This document shows, one piece after another, positions 1 to 8,177 of a DNA stretch of 64,000 bases. The first letter of the stretch is position 1, and the number at the start of each line of letters is the position of its first letter. The translations under genes and the position numbers were made by a program. The stretch comes from an uncultured Christensenella sp. (lineage in GTDB: Bacteria; Bacillota; Clostridia; Christensenellales; UBA1242): assembly GCA_910584815.1 (NCBI GenBank), contig CAJUBT010000006.1, forward strand, positions 6,371 to 70,370, given 5' to 3'. The notes beneath the pieces are model-generated. The model was not told where the DNA came from. It saw nothing but the letters and a program-made list of their open reading frames with translations, and searched no databases.

Positions 1-687
1 ATAGTTATGTTTACTCTTTCTGTTGTGCTTATGAATTTATTTGCAAACAAAAGCATAAACACAGGGCTAAGCTGGCTGGCTTTGGATTGTGGAATTATAC
101 TATCTTGGGCTTCGTTCCTTTCTATGGATATGATTGTTAAAAGGTTTGGGGCAAAAGCTAGCACAAAAATATCTATAGTTGTTTTACTAATAAACTTGTT
201 TATAGCTTTTATATTTTTTATTGTTGCTAACATATCTGGTTTTTGGGGAGAAAGCTTTATTGATTTTGGTGGAGATGTTGCAAACACAGCACTTAACAAC
301 ACACTTGCTAGCAGTTGGTTTGTAATTTTAGGTAGTTCTGTGGCATTTATAGTTTCTGCAATAATAAACAATGTTTTAAATGCTTTTATAGGCAAACTTT
401 TCAAAAATAAAAACTTTGTTGAATACTCTATGCGGTCTTACTTATCAACAATTATAGGTCAATTTGTGGACAATTTAATTTTTGCTTTTATTGTTAGTTT
501 AAACTTTTTTGGGTGGACACCTTTACAATGTGTAACTTGTGCAATTACAGGGGCTACAGTAGAATTGCTTTTTGAAATTATATTCTCTCCTATTGGCTTT
601 AAAGTTTGTAAAAATTGGGAAAAAAATAATGTTGGAATAGAATACCTAAATTACTGTAACGAAAAAAAATTAAATAAAAACACATAA
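1..687 (+). CDS. VUT/YhhQ (DUF165) family membrane protein, probable queuosine-precursor transporter; 5'-partial
   Basis: Track ORF is 7..687, but the frame stays open back to nt 1 (ATA GTT ATG). The first residues already read like a TM helix, so the true start probably lies left of the window. Multi-pass hydrophobic protein containing GQFVDNLIFAFIV, a segment typical of YhhQ-like proteins (recalled from memory, no search). Confidence 0.55.
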   Translation: MVMFTLSVVLMNLFANKSINTGLSWLALDCGIILSWASFLSMDMIVKRFGAKASTKISIVVLLINLFIAFIFFIVANISGFWGESFIDFGGDVANTALNNTLASSWFVILGSSVAFIVSAIINNVLNAFIGKLFKNKNFVEYSMRSYLSTIIGQFVDNLIFAFIVSLNFFGWTPLQCVTCAITGATVELLFEIIFSPIGFKVCKNWEKNNVGIEYLNYCNEKKLNKNT

Positions 688-912
688 TTAATGGTGTTGT
701 TAAAATAAAATTTTAACTATAAAATAATATTACCAAAGTATATTTAAAATTTTGTAAAAAAGTTTATGGTCATAAAAAAAGCTTTTCTATGTAACAAATA
801 AAACAGTGCCATTTTAGTTATGCTAAAAAAATAACTTGCATAAATAAAAGATATAAAACCTTTTAAATTTAGTTTTAATAAATTATTTTACATTTTTAAA
901 AGAGAGAAAAAT

Positions 913-1557
913 ATGAATGTTTTAATAACAGGAACAAGTAAAGGCATAGGCAAAGAAATTGCAATAAAGTTTTTAAATAATAATTATAAAGTTTTTGGCT
1001 TTGATGTGCTTGATAGTGCAATAGAAAATAAAAACTACACTCATTTTAAAACAGACATTAAACAAAAAAATTTACCAGATTTAAAAGATGTTAACATTTT
1101 AATTAACAATGCTGGCACACAAAATAACCAAGATATAGACAACAACCTTAAAGGCACAATTAATATAACCGAAAAATATGGCATACAACCAAACATTAAA
1201 GCCATTGTAAATATTTGCTCTACCTCCGCCCACAATGGTGCAGAGTTCCCAGAATATTGTGCAAGCAAAGGAGGAATTTTAAGTTATACAAAAAATGTTG
1301 CAAGTAGGGTGGCGCATTTTGGGGCAACTTGCAATAGCATATCTCCTGGTGGAGTTATAACCGAACTTAACAAACATATTTTAGAAAATGAAAATTTATG
1401 GCAACAAGTTTTAAACGAAACCACCCTAAATAAATGGGCTACTGCCAAAGAGATTGCCGAATGGGTTTATTTTGTTGCTGTTGTTAATAAGTCTATGACA
1501 GCACAAGACATTATTATAGATAATGGAGAAATTAGTAAGTTTAATTTTATATGGTAA
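913..1557 (+). CDS. SDR-family oxidoreductase (short-chain dehydrogenase/reductase)
   Basis: N-terminal Rossmann motif ITGTSKGIGKEI, an NNAG motif, and the catalytic YxxxK as YCASK preceded by the Ser region CSTSA. 214 aa. Confidence 0.75.
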   Translation: MNVLITGTSKGIGKEIAIKFLNNNYKVFGFDVLDSAIENKNYTHFKTDIKQKNLPDLKDVNILINNAGTQNNQDIDNNLKGTINITEKYGIQPNIKAIVNICSTSAHNGAEFPEYCASKGGILSYTKNVASRVAHFGATCNSISPGGVITELNKHILENENLWQQVLNETTLNKWATAKEIAEWVYFVAVVNKSMTAQDIIIDNGEISKFNFIW

Positions 1558-1573
1558 CTAATATGAAAAAAAA

Positions 1574-1600
1574 GTAGTAATTAATTTTACTACCTTTTTT
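1574..1600 (+). terminator. Rho-independent terminator after the SDR gene
   Basis: GTAGTAA (1574-1580), loop TTAATT, TTACTAC (1587-1593), then CTTTTTT. An A-run precedes the stem. Confidence 0.5.
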
Positions 1601-1782
1601 AATTTTTTTAACTTATATATTTTTTCTATAGTTTTATATATATAACTAAAAAACGAGAAAATATTAAAATTTTTTATTTAAGTGATATTTAAATTTAAAC
1701 AAATATTTATAAATGTGCTTTTTAATTTATTAAAGCATAAAAAATTAACTATCAAAAATTATTAAAACTATAAGCAAATTTT

Positions 1783-2616
1783 TTAGCAAAAATGGGTTGT
1801 TGACTTTTTACCTTTTTTAGATTTTGCCAAACCACATTTTTCTACTTTACAATTTGAATTTTTAGTTTGGTTGATTGCCGAAACACCTTCTAAATTATCT
1901 TTACTAAGCAAAAGTTTTTGCAATTCGTTGCACTTTTTTTTATCCATTGGCTTTGTATCTTTTAAACGATATTCCAAACCTAATTTTTCGTATTTACTTT
2001 TTGCCATATCGTGATAAGGTAATAACTCAACCTTTTTAACATTTTTTAGTTTAGAAATAAATTTTTTTAAACTTAAAATGTTTTCCTCTGTATCGTTTAT
2101 TCCTGGCACTATAACTTGCCTTAACCACAGGTCTATTTTTTTCTTTTGTACACAATTTAAAAACTTATTAAATTTATCTATTTCAAGCCCAGTTAATTTT
2201 TTGTAATCTTCAGCTTCAACAGCTTTAATATCTAAAATAATAGTATCTACAAAATTTAAAAGTTCTTCAAAATCTTCTCCAACACCAGATGTATCAAGTG
2301 CTGTGTTTATGCCATTTGCTTTACAAAGTTTAAGTGTTTCTAACAAAAACTTTGGTTGCTTTAAGGGCTCACCACCAGAAAAAGTTACTCCGCCTTCTTC
2401 TCCAAAATAACTTTTATATCTAACAATTTTATTTAAAACTTGTTCTGGAGTCATAAGTTTTTTTTCATCATTAAAAAAAGCGATATCCGGGTTGTGACAA
2501 TATAAACATCTTAATGGGCAACCCTGCATAAAAACAATAACTCTTATACCAGGCCCATCAACAAAACCAGTTGTTTCTATGCTTGCAACATTACCTAAAG
2601 TTTGTTTACTACTCAT
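1783..2616 (-). CDS. pflA: Pyruvate formate-lyase (glycyl-radical enzyme) activating enzyme, radical SAM
   Basis: Hallmark N-terminus ETTGFVDGPGIRVIVFMQGCPLRCLYCHNPD (CxxxCxxC cluster) and GGVTFSGGEPL. RBS AAGGTTAGG lies upstream of the ATG. It carries a ~30-aa Lys/Cys-rich C-terminal extension beyond the usual ~245 aa. Confidence 0.85.
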   Translation of the reverse strand: MSSKQTLGNVASIETTGFVDGPGIRVIVFMQGCPLRCLYCHNPDIAFFNDEKKLMTPEQVLNKIVRYKSYFGEEGGVTFSGGEPLKQPKFLLETLKLCKANGINTALDTSGVGEDFEELLNFVDTIILDIKAVEAEDYKKLTGLEIDKFNKFLNCVQKKKIDLWLRQVIVPGINDTEENILSLKKFISKLKNVKKVELLPYHDMAKSKYEKLGLEYRLKDTKPMDKKKCNELQKLLLSKDNLEGVSAINQTKNSNCKVEKCGLAKSKKGKKSTTHFC

Positions 2617-2760
2617 AGTTTTTACCTAACCTTATTATTAATTGATATTTTACTAAAAATTATAAATTTTTCAAACTATTAATTAAAACTTTTCCACAAA
2701 TTTATTACAAAATGTGCATAAAATAACTAAACAAAATTAAAATTAACAATTATTATAAAT

Positions 2761-2787
2761 AAAAACTCCATCCAATAAAGACAGAGT
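2761..2787 (-). terminator. Terminator after the 582-aa gene
   Basis: Minus-strand RNA folds as ACUCUGUC / loop UUUAUUG / GAUGGAGU (8 bp including 2 G.U), followed by UUUUAUUU. The two wobble positions are mismatches on the plus strand, which favours minus-strand function. Confidence 0.45.
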
Positions 2788-2841
2788 TTTGTTATTTTTT
2801 CTGATTATTTCAAAAATTAATTACTAATTAAAATGGTTTTG

Positions 2842-4590
2842 TTATTTTGCAATTTCCATTGCTAAATCTAAGCCTGAAGGTGCGAAAATGTAAGTTGGGT
2901 CGGTAGTAATTTGACTTTGATTTACAATTTGAGTTTGAGATAAAGATGCTTGATATAAAGCCCTTATTGGGTCAACCCAGTTTTCTGCTAAAACAGAATT
3001 TCCATTTTCATCTATTGTGAAAGGTGCTGTTTCACTATCTGCAACTCCATTAATTCTTAAGAATTGAGAACCTTCTGGAACATAGTCGCCTTGTGCAGCA
3101 CTTACCGTGTTAATTCTAACAACAGTTTCAGTTTCTGTTATGTCAACACTTGGCATTTCTTCTAATTGTCTGTCTTGTTGTAAATCCCAAATATACTCGC
3201 CAGAGGCATCTCTATTAACAGCATAATCTCCTGCAGCAAGGTCTACTGTACTGAAGCAATCTTCCTTTGCACAAACTTTAATGTAGAATGGGCTTGGAAT
3301 TTTGCTAGAAGCATCATAAATTTCTTTTGACCTCTCTCCCATTTCTGTTAAGTAACTAGCCACTTCGGCGTTTTTCAAATCGGCATAATTTAATAAGAAA
3401 GCTTCTCTGTGTATGCCTGGTAACCCGTGTGCTTCGTTATTTAAACTTGCACTTTCGGTTGGACCTTGTTGACGGTCGTTAAGTTCGTTTATGTAAACTT
3501 GACCTTCTTTTGTTATTATTAAATCTAGCCCACACATTCCAACTTTTCCACGAAGTGCCATAAATGTGCCGAGTTTGCTGCCTATGTTGTAAATTTCTTC
3601 CATAATTTCTGGTTTGAAATTATAGTTAAGTTGGTTGCCAACCCCGTTTGTTTCACTTGAGGTTAGTTCGGCATCTCCCACAACTTTTAGTGTGCCAGGT
3701 TGAACATTAACAACAATATTATCTTCACTAATACCTAACTTTTCAGCACGGTCCTTTAAACTGGTTAAAGCAGCTGGAGTAAATCTACTCTCTTCTGGTA
3801 AAAGTTCGCCTTTAACAGCACCTAACATTGTTTCACTTGGAACGGTGTTGCCAACACATAAAGAAAGGTTACTATTACTACCCGAAACAAACTGAGAAAC
3901 CTTTAAGTAACAAGGTCTTTCTCTTGAAACAATTTGTTGGAATTCTTCAAAAGTGCTTGCTATTTCTGTGCTGTGACCACCGCCTTGTTCTGTGTTACCT
4001 TCACCACATTCCTGAATAACAATTCTACCTTGTTCATCCGCTAAAGATTTATATAAAAATTCACTTTGTAAACCTGTTAAAGGTTTATTGTTTCTAATAA
4101 CTTTAGAAGGAATAATATGTTTTGAAAGCCCTGCTTGAGTTAAAATATCGGTTAAGTTGGCTTTTTCTTCGAAGTAGTCTCTAAAATTTTGTTCGCTTGT
4201 TGCCACAACTCTGCCACCAAGTCTTTCTTGAATACTTCTTGCCCAGAACATATCTCCAACTGGCGCATAGTTGAAGGTTGCAAATTTATCTTGTACTAAA
4301 CCTTGAGGAAAGCAAGTAACAATATTCTTTGCAAGGTCTATTGTTCTGTCGTTAAAAGCATCGTATGGCAAAGTAAATTGTGGGACATTTGGGAAGAATT
4401 GCTGTCCATTACTTCCTCCTGCTATATATGCCCTACCTCCACTTGCAACAAACTCGCTTAAAATTCCTCCACGCTGAGTAGCATAATCTGCCATTAAAAT
4501 TGGAATGTTGTTTGCGGCATAAGCCTGTGCCAATTTATCGAATAATTCTAATTCTTTAACGGTCAATCGGTTTAAATTTTCGTTTCTCAT
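2842..4590 (-). CDS. ATP-grasp-like enzyme of unknown specificity (582 aa)
   Basis: ATP-grasp-type motifs occur in the expected order: glycine-rich loop ECGEGNTEQGGGHS, then SQFVSGSNSNLSLCV, then CGLDLIITKEGQVYINELNDRQQG (the E-x-N-x-R Mg-ATP motif). Strong RBS AGAAGGA sits 8 nt before the ATG. The gene looks more GC-rich, with more C-ending codons (TTC, AAC, TAC, GAC), than its neighbours. The family call is tentative. Confidence 0.45.
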   Translation of the reverse strand: MRNENLNRLTVKELELFDKLAQAYAANNIPILMADYATQRGGILSEFVASGGRAYIAGGSNGQQFFPNVPQFTLPYDAFNDRTIDLAKNIVTCFPQGLVQDKFATFNYAPVGDMFWARSIQERLGGRVVATSEQNFRDYFEEKANLTDILTQAGLSKHIIPSKVIRNNKPLTGLQSEFLYKSLADEQGRIVIQECGEGNTEQGGGHSTEIASTFEEFQQIVSRERPCYLKVSQFVSGSNSNLSLCVGNTVPSETMLGAVKGELLPEESRFTPAALTSLKDRAEKLGISEDNIVVNVQPGTLKVVGDAELTSSETNGVGNQLNYNFKPEIMEEIYNIGSKLGTFMALRGKVGMCGLDLIITKEGQVYINELNDRQQGPTESASLNNEAHGLPGIHREAFLLNYADLKNAEVASYLTEMGERSKEIYDASSKIPSPFYIKVCAKEDCFSTVDLAAGDYAVNRDASGEYIWDLQQDRQLEEMPSVDITETETVVRINTVSAAQGDYVPEGSQFLRINGVADSETAPFTIDENGNSVLAENWVDPIRALYQASLSQTQIVNQSQITTDPTYIFAPSGLDLAMEIAK

Positions 4591-4663
4591 AATTGTGTCC
4601 TTCTTTTTAAATAAATACCTTTTTTATAATTTAATTTTGTTTTAGGTTAAATAAATTTATGCA

Positions 4664-4761
4664 ACAAAAAACCACATATATCGCTATATGTGGTTTTATA
4701 TTTCTTTTATTCCTTTAAAAAATGCAAGAAAAAAATATCACATACAGCGTCTATATGCGGT
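4664..4761 (-). promoter_or_regulatory. Candidate transcription attenuator: two tandem terminator hairpins with alternative 2:3 pairing
   Basis: Hairpin 1 pairs ACCGCAUAUA (4761-4752) with UGUAUGUGAU (4746-4737) across loop GACGC, followed by A+U7. Hairpin 2 pairs ACCACAUAUA (4694-4685) with UAUAUGUGGU (4680-4671) across loop GCGA. It has 10 perfect bp and is followed by U5-6. The 3' arm of hairpin 1 can pair with the 5' arm of hairpin 2 at 9 of 10 positions. Confidence 0.5.
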
Positions 4762-4809
4762 TTTAAAATAAAAGTACCAGAAAGCAATATTTTTTTCTGT
4801 GAATTTCAT
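4738..4809 (-). CDS. 23-codon leader peptide MKFTEKNIAFWYFYFKTAYRRCM (below the ORF-track cut-off)
   Basis: AAGGAG lies 6 nt upstream of the ATG (4809-4807). Codons 10-15 are TTC TGG TAC TTT TAT TTT. The TGA stop (4740-4738) lies inside the 3' arm of hairpin 1. Confidence 0.45.
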   Translation of the reverse strand: MKFTEKNIAFWYFYFKTAYRRCM

Positions 4810-4833
4810 AAATTTCTCCTTAAAACTAATAAA

Positions 4834-4863
4834 AGTTTAGCACAAGCATAATTAATTTGTCAA
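4834..4863 (-). promoter_or_regulatory. Sigma-A-type promoter of the leader transcription unit
   Basis: Minus strand has TTGACA (4863-4858), an 18-nt spacer ending TGC (extended -10), and TAAACT (4839-4834). The predicted TSS is near 4827, about 17 nt before the leader ATG. Confidence 0.55.
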
Positions 4864-5044
4864 TATCTAAAAGCAATTTTTTTTAAAAATATTTATGTTT
4901 TTTTATTATTTTTACTTAACTTTTACAAAAATTATTACTCTTTTATAAAAATTTATATGATAAAAACCCTTTATTTTGTTCCATTTTAATAAATTTTTTT
5001 ATTTAATTTAATATTACTTTTTTATTGTTACTTTAAACTGCTCT

Positions 5045-5464
5045 TTAAAATTTAAACAAGTTTAAACCAATTTCACTATTAAATTCTCTATCAACGGTGC
5101 CGTTTATTATAGTTATAACCATTTCACAAGTTGCACTAACAGTTGCTTTATTTAAATGACCGCCAAAAACTTCACCTTTATCGTTACCTGCACTCATATG
5201 AATATGGGCGTAAAAATTATTGTTCATAGTGCTTATTGTGCCAAGTAAAGATACAATTTCAAAATTACCTGTAAAGGAATTTGCATAGTATTTCTTTTCT
5301 TCAACTTTATAAACTCCAACAGTAAAGTTATTAATAGCCCCTAAAGCTTCAACCTTTGCAAGTTTAATGTTTTCCTTTTCTGCTAACTCTTTTATTTCTT
5401 CAAGTATTTCTTCACCTTTATCAATTCTAACAACATAGGTATTATCAAATTTTTTATATTCCAT
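5045..5464 (-). CDS. PPC (DUF296) domain protein, putative DNA-binding
   Basis: 139 aa. It shows the pattern typical of PF03479-type PPC domains: FEIVSLLGTIS...FYAHIHMSAGNDKGEVFGGHL...ATCEMVI. Confidence 0.7.
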   Translation of the reverse strand: MEYKKFDNTYVVRIDKGEEILEEIKELAEKENIKLAKVEALGAINNFTVGVYKVEEKKYYANSFTGNFEIVSLLGTISTMNNNFYAHIHMSAGNDKGEVFGGHLNKATVSATCEMVITIINGTVDREFNSEIGLNLFKF

Positions 5465-5478
5465 TTAAAAACCCTTTT

Positions 5479-5506
5479 AGTATAATTAAAAATTAATTGT
5501 TTGCAA
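5479..5506 (-). promoter_or_regulatory. Promoter of the PPC-domain gene
   Basis: Minus strand has TTGCAA (5506-5501), a 16-nt spacer and TATACT (5484-5479). The ATG at 5464 is preceded by AAAAGGG. Confidence 0.5.
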
Positions 5507-5672
5507 TTTATTAACTTAAGCACTAACACCAAAGTAAATAGCACCTATTAAAGCATTTAATTATTAAGTAAAATTTCTATACTGCTTAGAAAGTTTATCT
5601 AGTAAAGAAAGGTGGTAGATAAATTTATTTTATAAAGTTTAAAAAAAATTTATTAATTTTTTAACTATTATT

Positions 5673-6407
5673 TTATTTATCTTCTAAAGCATCTTTTAAA
5701 CAATGGCTTGCATCTATAACTTCGCTTGTCATATTGCTTATAACTTCTAGTTTATTGCTTTCGCCAGCGGCAATTAAAACATCGCCCTTTAAAAATGTGG
5801 TTTCTGGCTCTATTGTAACAACACTATTTTCTCTTCTAACAAAAATTATAGACACCTTATATTTTTTGCGCACATCAAGTTCTATAATAGTTTTGTTTTG
5901 CCAAGAATCTGGAACTGGAACTTCAACAATTTTAAAATTATCGGTTAAATTTAAAATTTCATTCATACTAGGGTTTATTAACATATTAGCAACTTTTTTA
6001 CCCATATAAACCTCTGGGAACACAACCATATCTGCCCCAATGCGTTCAAGCACTTTTTTAATTTGCTCGTTCTTTGCCTTTGCAACAACATAATTAACAC
6101 CTAAATCTTTACAAATTAAAGTGGTTAGAATGCTTGCCTGTAAATCTTTGCCAATACACACAATAGCACAATCAAAATTTTGCACACCAAGAGAATGTAA
6201 AACATCGGTTCCTGTTGCATCTGCAACAACCGCTCCAGAAACCATTCCCTCCATTTGATTAACAGCATCTTTATTTGTATCTATAACCAAAACTTCTTTT
6301 CCAAGTTCAGTTAATGTAGTTGCAACACTTTTACCAAACCTTCCAAGCCCAATTACAACAAATTGATTCATCTTCTTTAAAATTTTTTTAGTTTCTTGAT
6401 TTTCCAT
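5673..6407 (-). CDS. ktrA: K+ uptake system regulatory subunit, RCK domain (KtrA/TrkA family)
   Basis: RCK_N Rossmann motif FVVIGLGRFGKSV plus a C-terminal RCK_C-like half. RBS AAAGGAAA lies 7 nt upstream of the ATG. The gene sits downstream of the membrane subunit. Confidence 0.8.
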   Translation of the reverse strand: MENQETKKILKKMNQFVVIGLGRFGKSVATTLTELGKEVLVIDTNKDAVNQMEGMVSGAVVADATGTDVLHSLGVQNFDCAIVCIGKDLQASILTTLICKDLGVNYVVAKAKNEQIKKVLERIGADMVVFPEVYMGKKVANMLINPSMNEILNLTDNFKIVEVPVPDSWQNKTIIELDVRKKYKVSIIFVRRENSVVTIEPETTFLKGDVLIAAGESNKLEVISNMTSEVIDASHCLKDALEDK

Positions 6408-6619
6408 ACTTTAATTTCCTTTATTTTTTATAGTTCTTAATTCTTTAATAACTTATAATTTTAAAAATTAATGAAAGTTTTATTTAAAATTCTATGTTTT
6501 TTCATTTCAATAATTATTAATTTTTATTATTCAAAAACAACTATTTTAAAAAATTTGTTTATTTTAAAAAGTTTTATAAATATTTATAAAAAGTTAAACA
6601 ACATTTTAAATAGCAGAAT

Positions 6620-7975
6620 TTATCCTACCATTATTTTTGCATCTGGGTATTGAATATCTTGCTTGCTGCTACCAATTTTGCTACCCATTGCCACTGTTAA
6701 GGTTATTGCCCCAACACGCCCAACAAACATTAAAAGAACTAAAATAAGTTTGCTTATAATACTTAAATTTGCCGTTATACCAAGGCTTAACCCTACAGTT
6801 GAAATTGCAGAAATTGTTTCAAAAACCACTTCTATTGCAGTAACATTATTACCTTCAACTAAGCAAATTATAAGGGTTGAAAGAACAATTAAAATTAACG
6901 CAATGCACACAACTCTTATGCTTTTTTGAATTATTTTGTTAGTAATTTTTCTTTTACAGAAAGTAACATCTCCACTTGTGTTTGTAGTTCGGAAAATGGC
7001 AAGAAGAAGCACCAAAAAAGTTGTTATTTTAATACCACCAGCAGTTGATGAAGAGCCTCCACCAATAAACATTAATATGCAAGTTAAAACAATACTACCT
7101 TGTGAAAGTTTAGAATAATCTACAGTAAAGAAACCTGCTGTGCGTGGCGTAACGCTACAAAATAAACTGTTTAATATTTTCTCCCAAACTGTCATATTAC
7201 CAATAGTTTCTGGGTTATTCCACTCTAAAACTGCAAACAAAAACGCACTGCCAAAAATTAAAACGGCAACCGAAATTAATGTAACTTTACTATGGAGCGA
7301 CATTTTTTTCTTTTTAAATTTACCACCAATATCAAACAAAACAACATAACCTATTCCACCAATAATTATTAAAAACATAATAGGCAAAATAATAAACACA
7401 TTGCTTGCAAAACCAGATAAACTTACAAATACATTTTCTGTTGTGCCCATAATGTCAAACCCTGCGTTACAAAAAGCAGATATAGACATAAAAATACTTT
7501 TAAAAATACCATTACTCCAACCAAAAGTTGTTATCATAGATGGAGCAAGTGCTACAGCCCCAATAAACTCGGTTACAAAAACAAGAATTATTATGTTCCT
7601 AACTAACTTTACTATACCCTGAACATTATCCTGATTTAAACTCTCTTGTATTGTTACGCGTTCTTCATATGTTATACGCTTTTTTATTAACAAAAAAACA
7701 AGACTTGTTAGCGTTATAAAACCTAAACCACCTATTTGAATTAACAACAATAACACTATTTGCCCAAATAATGAAAAATGTACTGCAGTATCTACAACAC
7801 TTAACCCTGTAACACAAACAGCACTGGTTGATGTTAATAAACTATCTATAAAAGAAAACCATTGCCCATCTTTTGAAGATATTGGAAGTGCTAACAAAAA
7901 AGTTCCTATTAATATTATTGTTAAAAAACCTAAAATAATCTGCACTGCAGAATTTAACTTTCTTCGTTTAACCAT
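6620..7975 (-). CDS. ktrB: K+ transporter membrane subunit (KtrB/TrkH family)
   Basis: 451 aa and polytopic. Four pore-loop glycine motifs are spaced as in the TrkH/KtrB MPM repeats: CVTGLSV, CNAGFDI, RTAGFFT and STVGLSLG. Confidence 0.85.
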   Translation of the reverse strand: MVKRRKLNSAVQIILGFLTIILIGTFLLALPISSKDGQWFSFIDSLLTSTSAVCVTGLSVVDTAVHFSLFGQIVLLLLIQIGGLGFITLTSLVFLLIKKRITYEERVTIQESLNQDNVQGIVKLVRNIIILVFVTEFIGAVALAPSMITTFGWSNGIFKSIFMSISAFCNAGFDIMGTTENVFVSLSGFASNVFIILPIMFLIIIGGIGYVVLFDIGGKFKKKKMSLHSKVTLISVAVLIFGSAFLFAVLEWNNPETIGNMTVWEKILNSLFCSVTPRTAGFFTVDYSKLSQGSIVLTCILMFIGGGSSSTAGGIKITTFLVLLLAIFRTTNTSGDVTFCKRKITNKIIQKSIRVVCIALILIVLSTLIICLVEGNNVTAIEVVFETISAISTVGLSLGITANLSIISKLILVLLMFVGRVGAITLTVAMGSKIGSSKQDIQYPDAKIMVG

Positions 7976-7984
7976 AGTTTAAAT

Positions 7985-8013
7985 ATTTTATCATTATTTT
8001 ATAATTTATTCAA
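7985..8013 (-). promoter_or_regulatory. Putative ktrB promoter, giving a nearly leaderless mRNA
   Basis: Minus strand has TTGAAT (8013-8008), a 17-nt spacer and TAAAAT (7990-7985). Only 9 nt separate the -10 box from the ATG (7975), and no SD is present. Confidence 0.35.
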
Positions 8014-8126
8014 CTTAATTAAGGCTTAGTTTTGTTTTTAAAAACAAACTTTTTTCTGCTTTAATGTCTATAACTAAAATAAAATTTTTAATGCATTATT
8101 AATAAATTAGTTTAAAGAAAAAATTA

Positions 8127-8155
8127 TTGCTTTAAACAATATTTAGGTTTATACT
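8127..8155 (+). promoter_or_regulatory. lysA promoter
   Basis: TTGCTT (8127-8132), a 17-nt spacer and TATACT (8150-8155). RBS AAAAGGAAA precedes the ATG at 8178. Confidence 0.5.
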
Positions 8156-8177
8156 AAATTTATAAAAGGAAAATAAT

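Noticed and set aside
2842-4590. The idea that the 582-aa protein is the glycyl-radical substrate of the adjacent PflA.
   Set aside because: It has no C-terminal RVxG[FY]-type glycyl-radical motif. It is shorter than known GREs, its motifs fit ATP-grasp better, and a terminator separates the two genes.
5485-5506. A 20-22-nt sequence TTGCAAACAATTAA(A)TTTTTA (minus strand) is shared between the PPC-gene promoter and 16931-16952, upstream of the 2240-aa gene.
   Set aside because: The identical core is only 12 nt, with a 1-nt indel in the rest. In intergenic DNA this AT-rich, a rough estimate gives a chance match of that quality at order-one probability. It largely reflects a generic AT-rich UP element followed by the -35 hexamer TTGCAA.
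6471-6653. 60-aa plus-strand ORF in the ktrB-ktrA spacer, together with the antisense ORFs inside ktrB, ktrA, lysA, metG, dtd, tsaC, murC, the SHOCT gene, and the GLUG and 2240-aa genes.
   Set aside because: The translations are low-complexity and AT-driven, with no RBS. They overlap well-supported genes or run into them.
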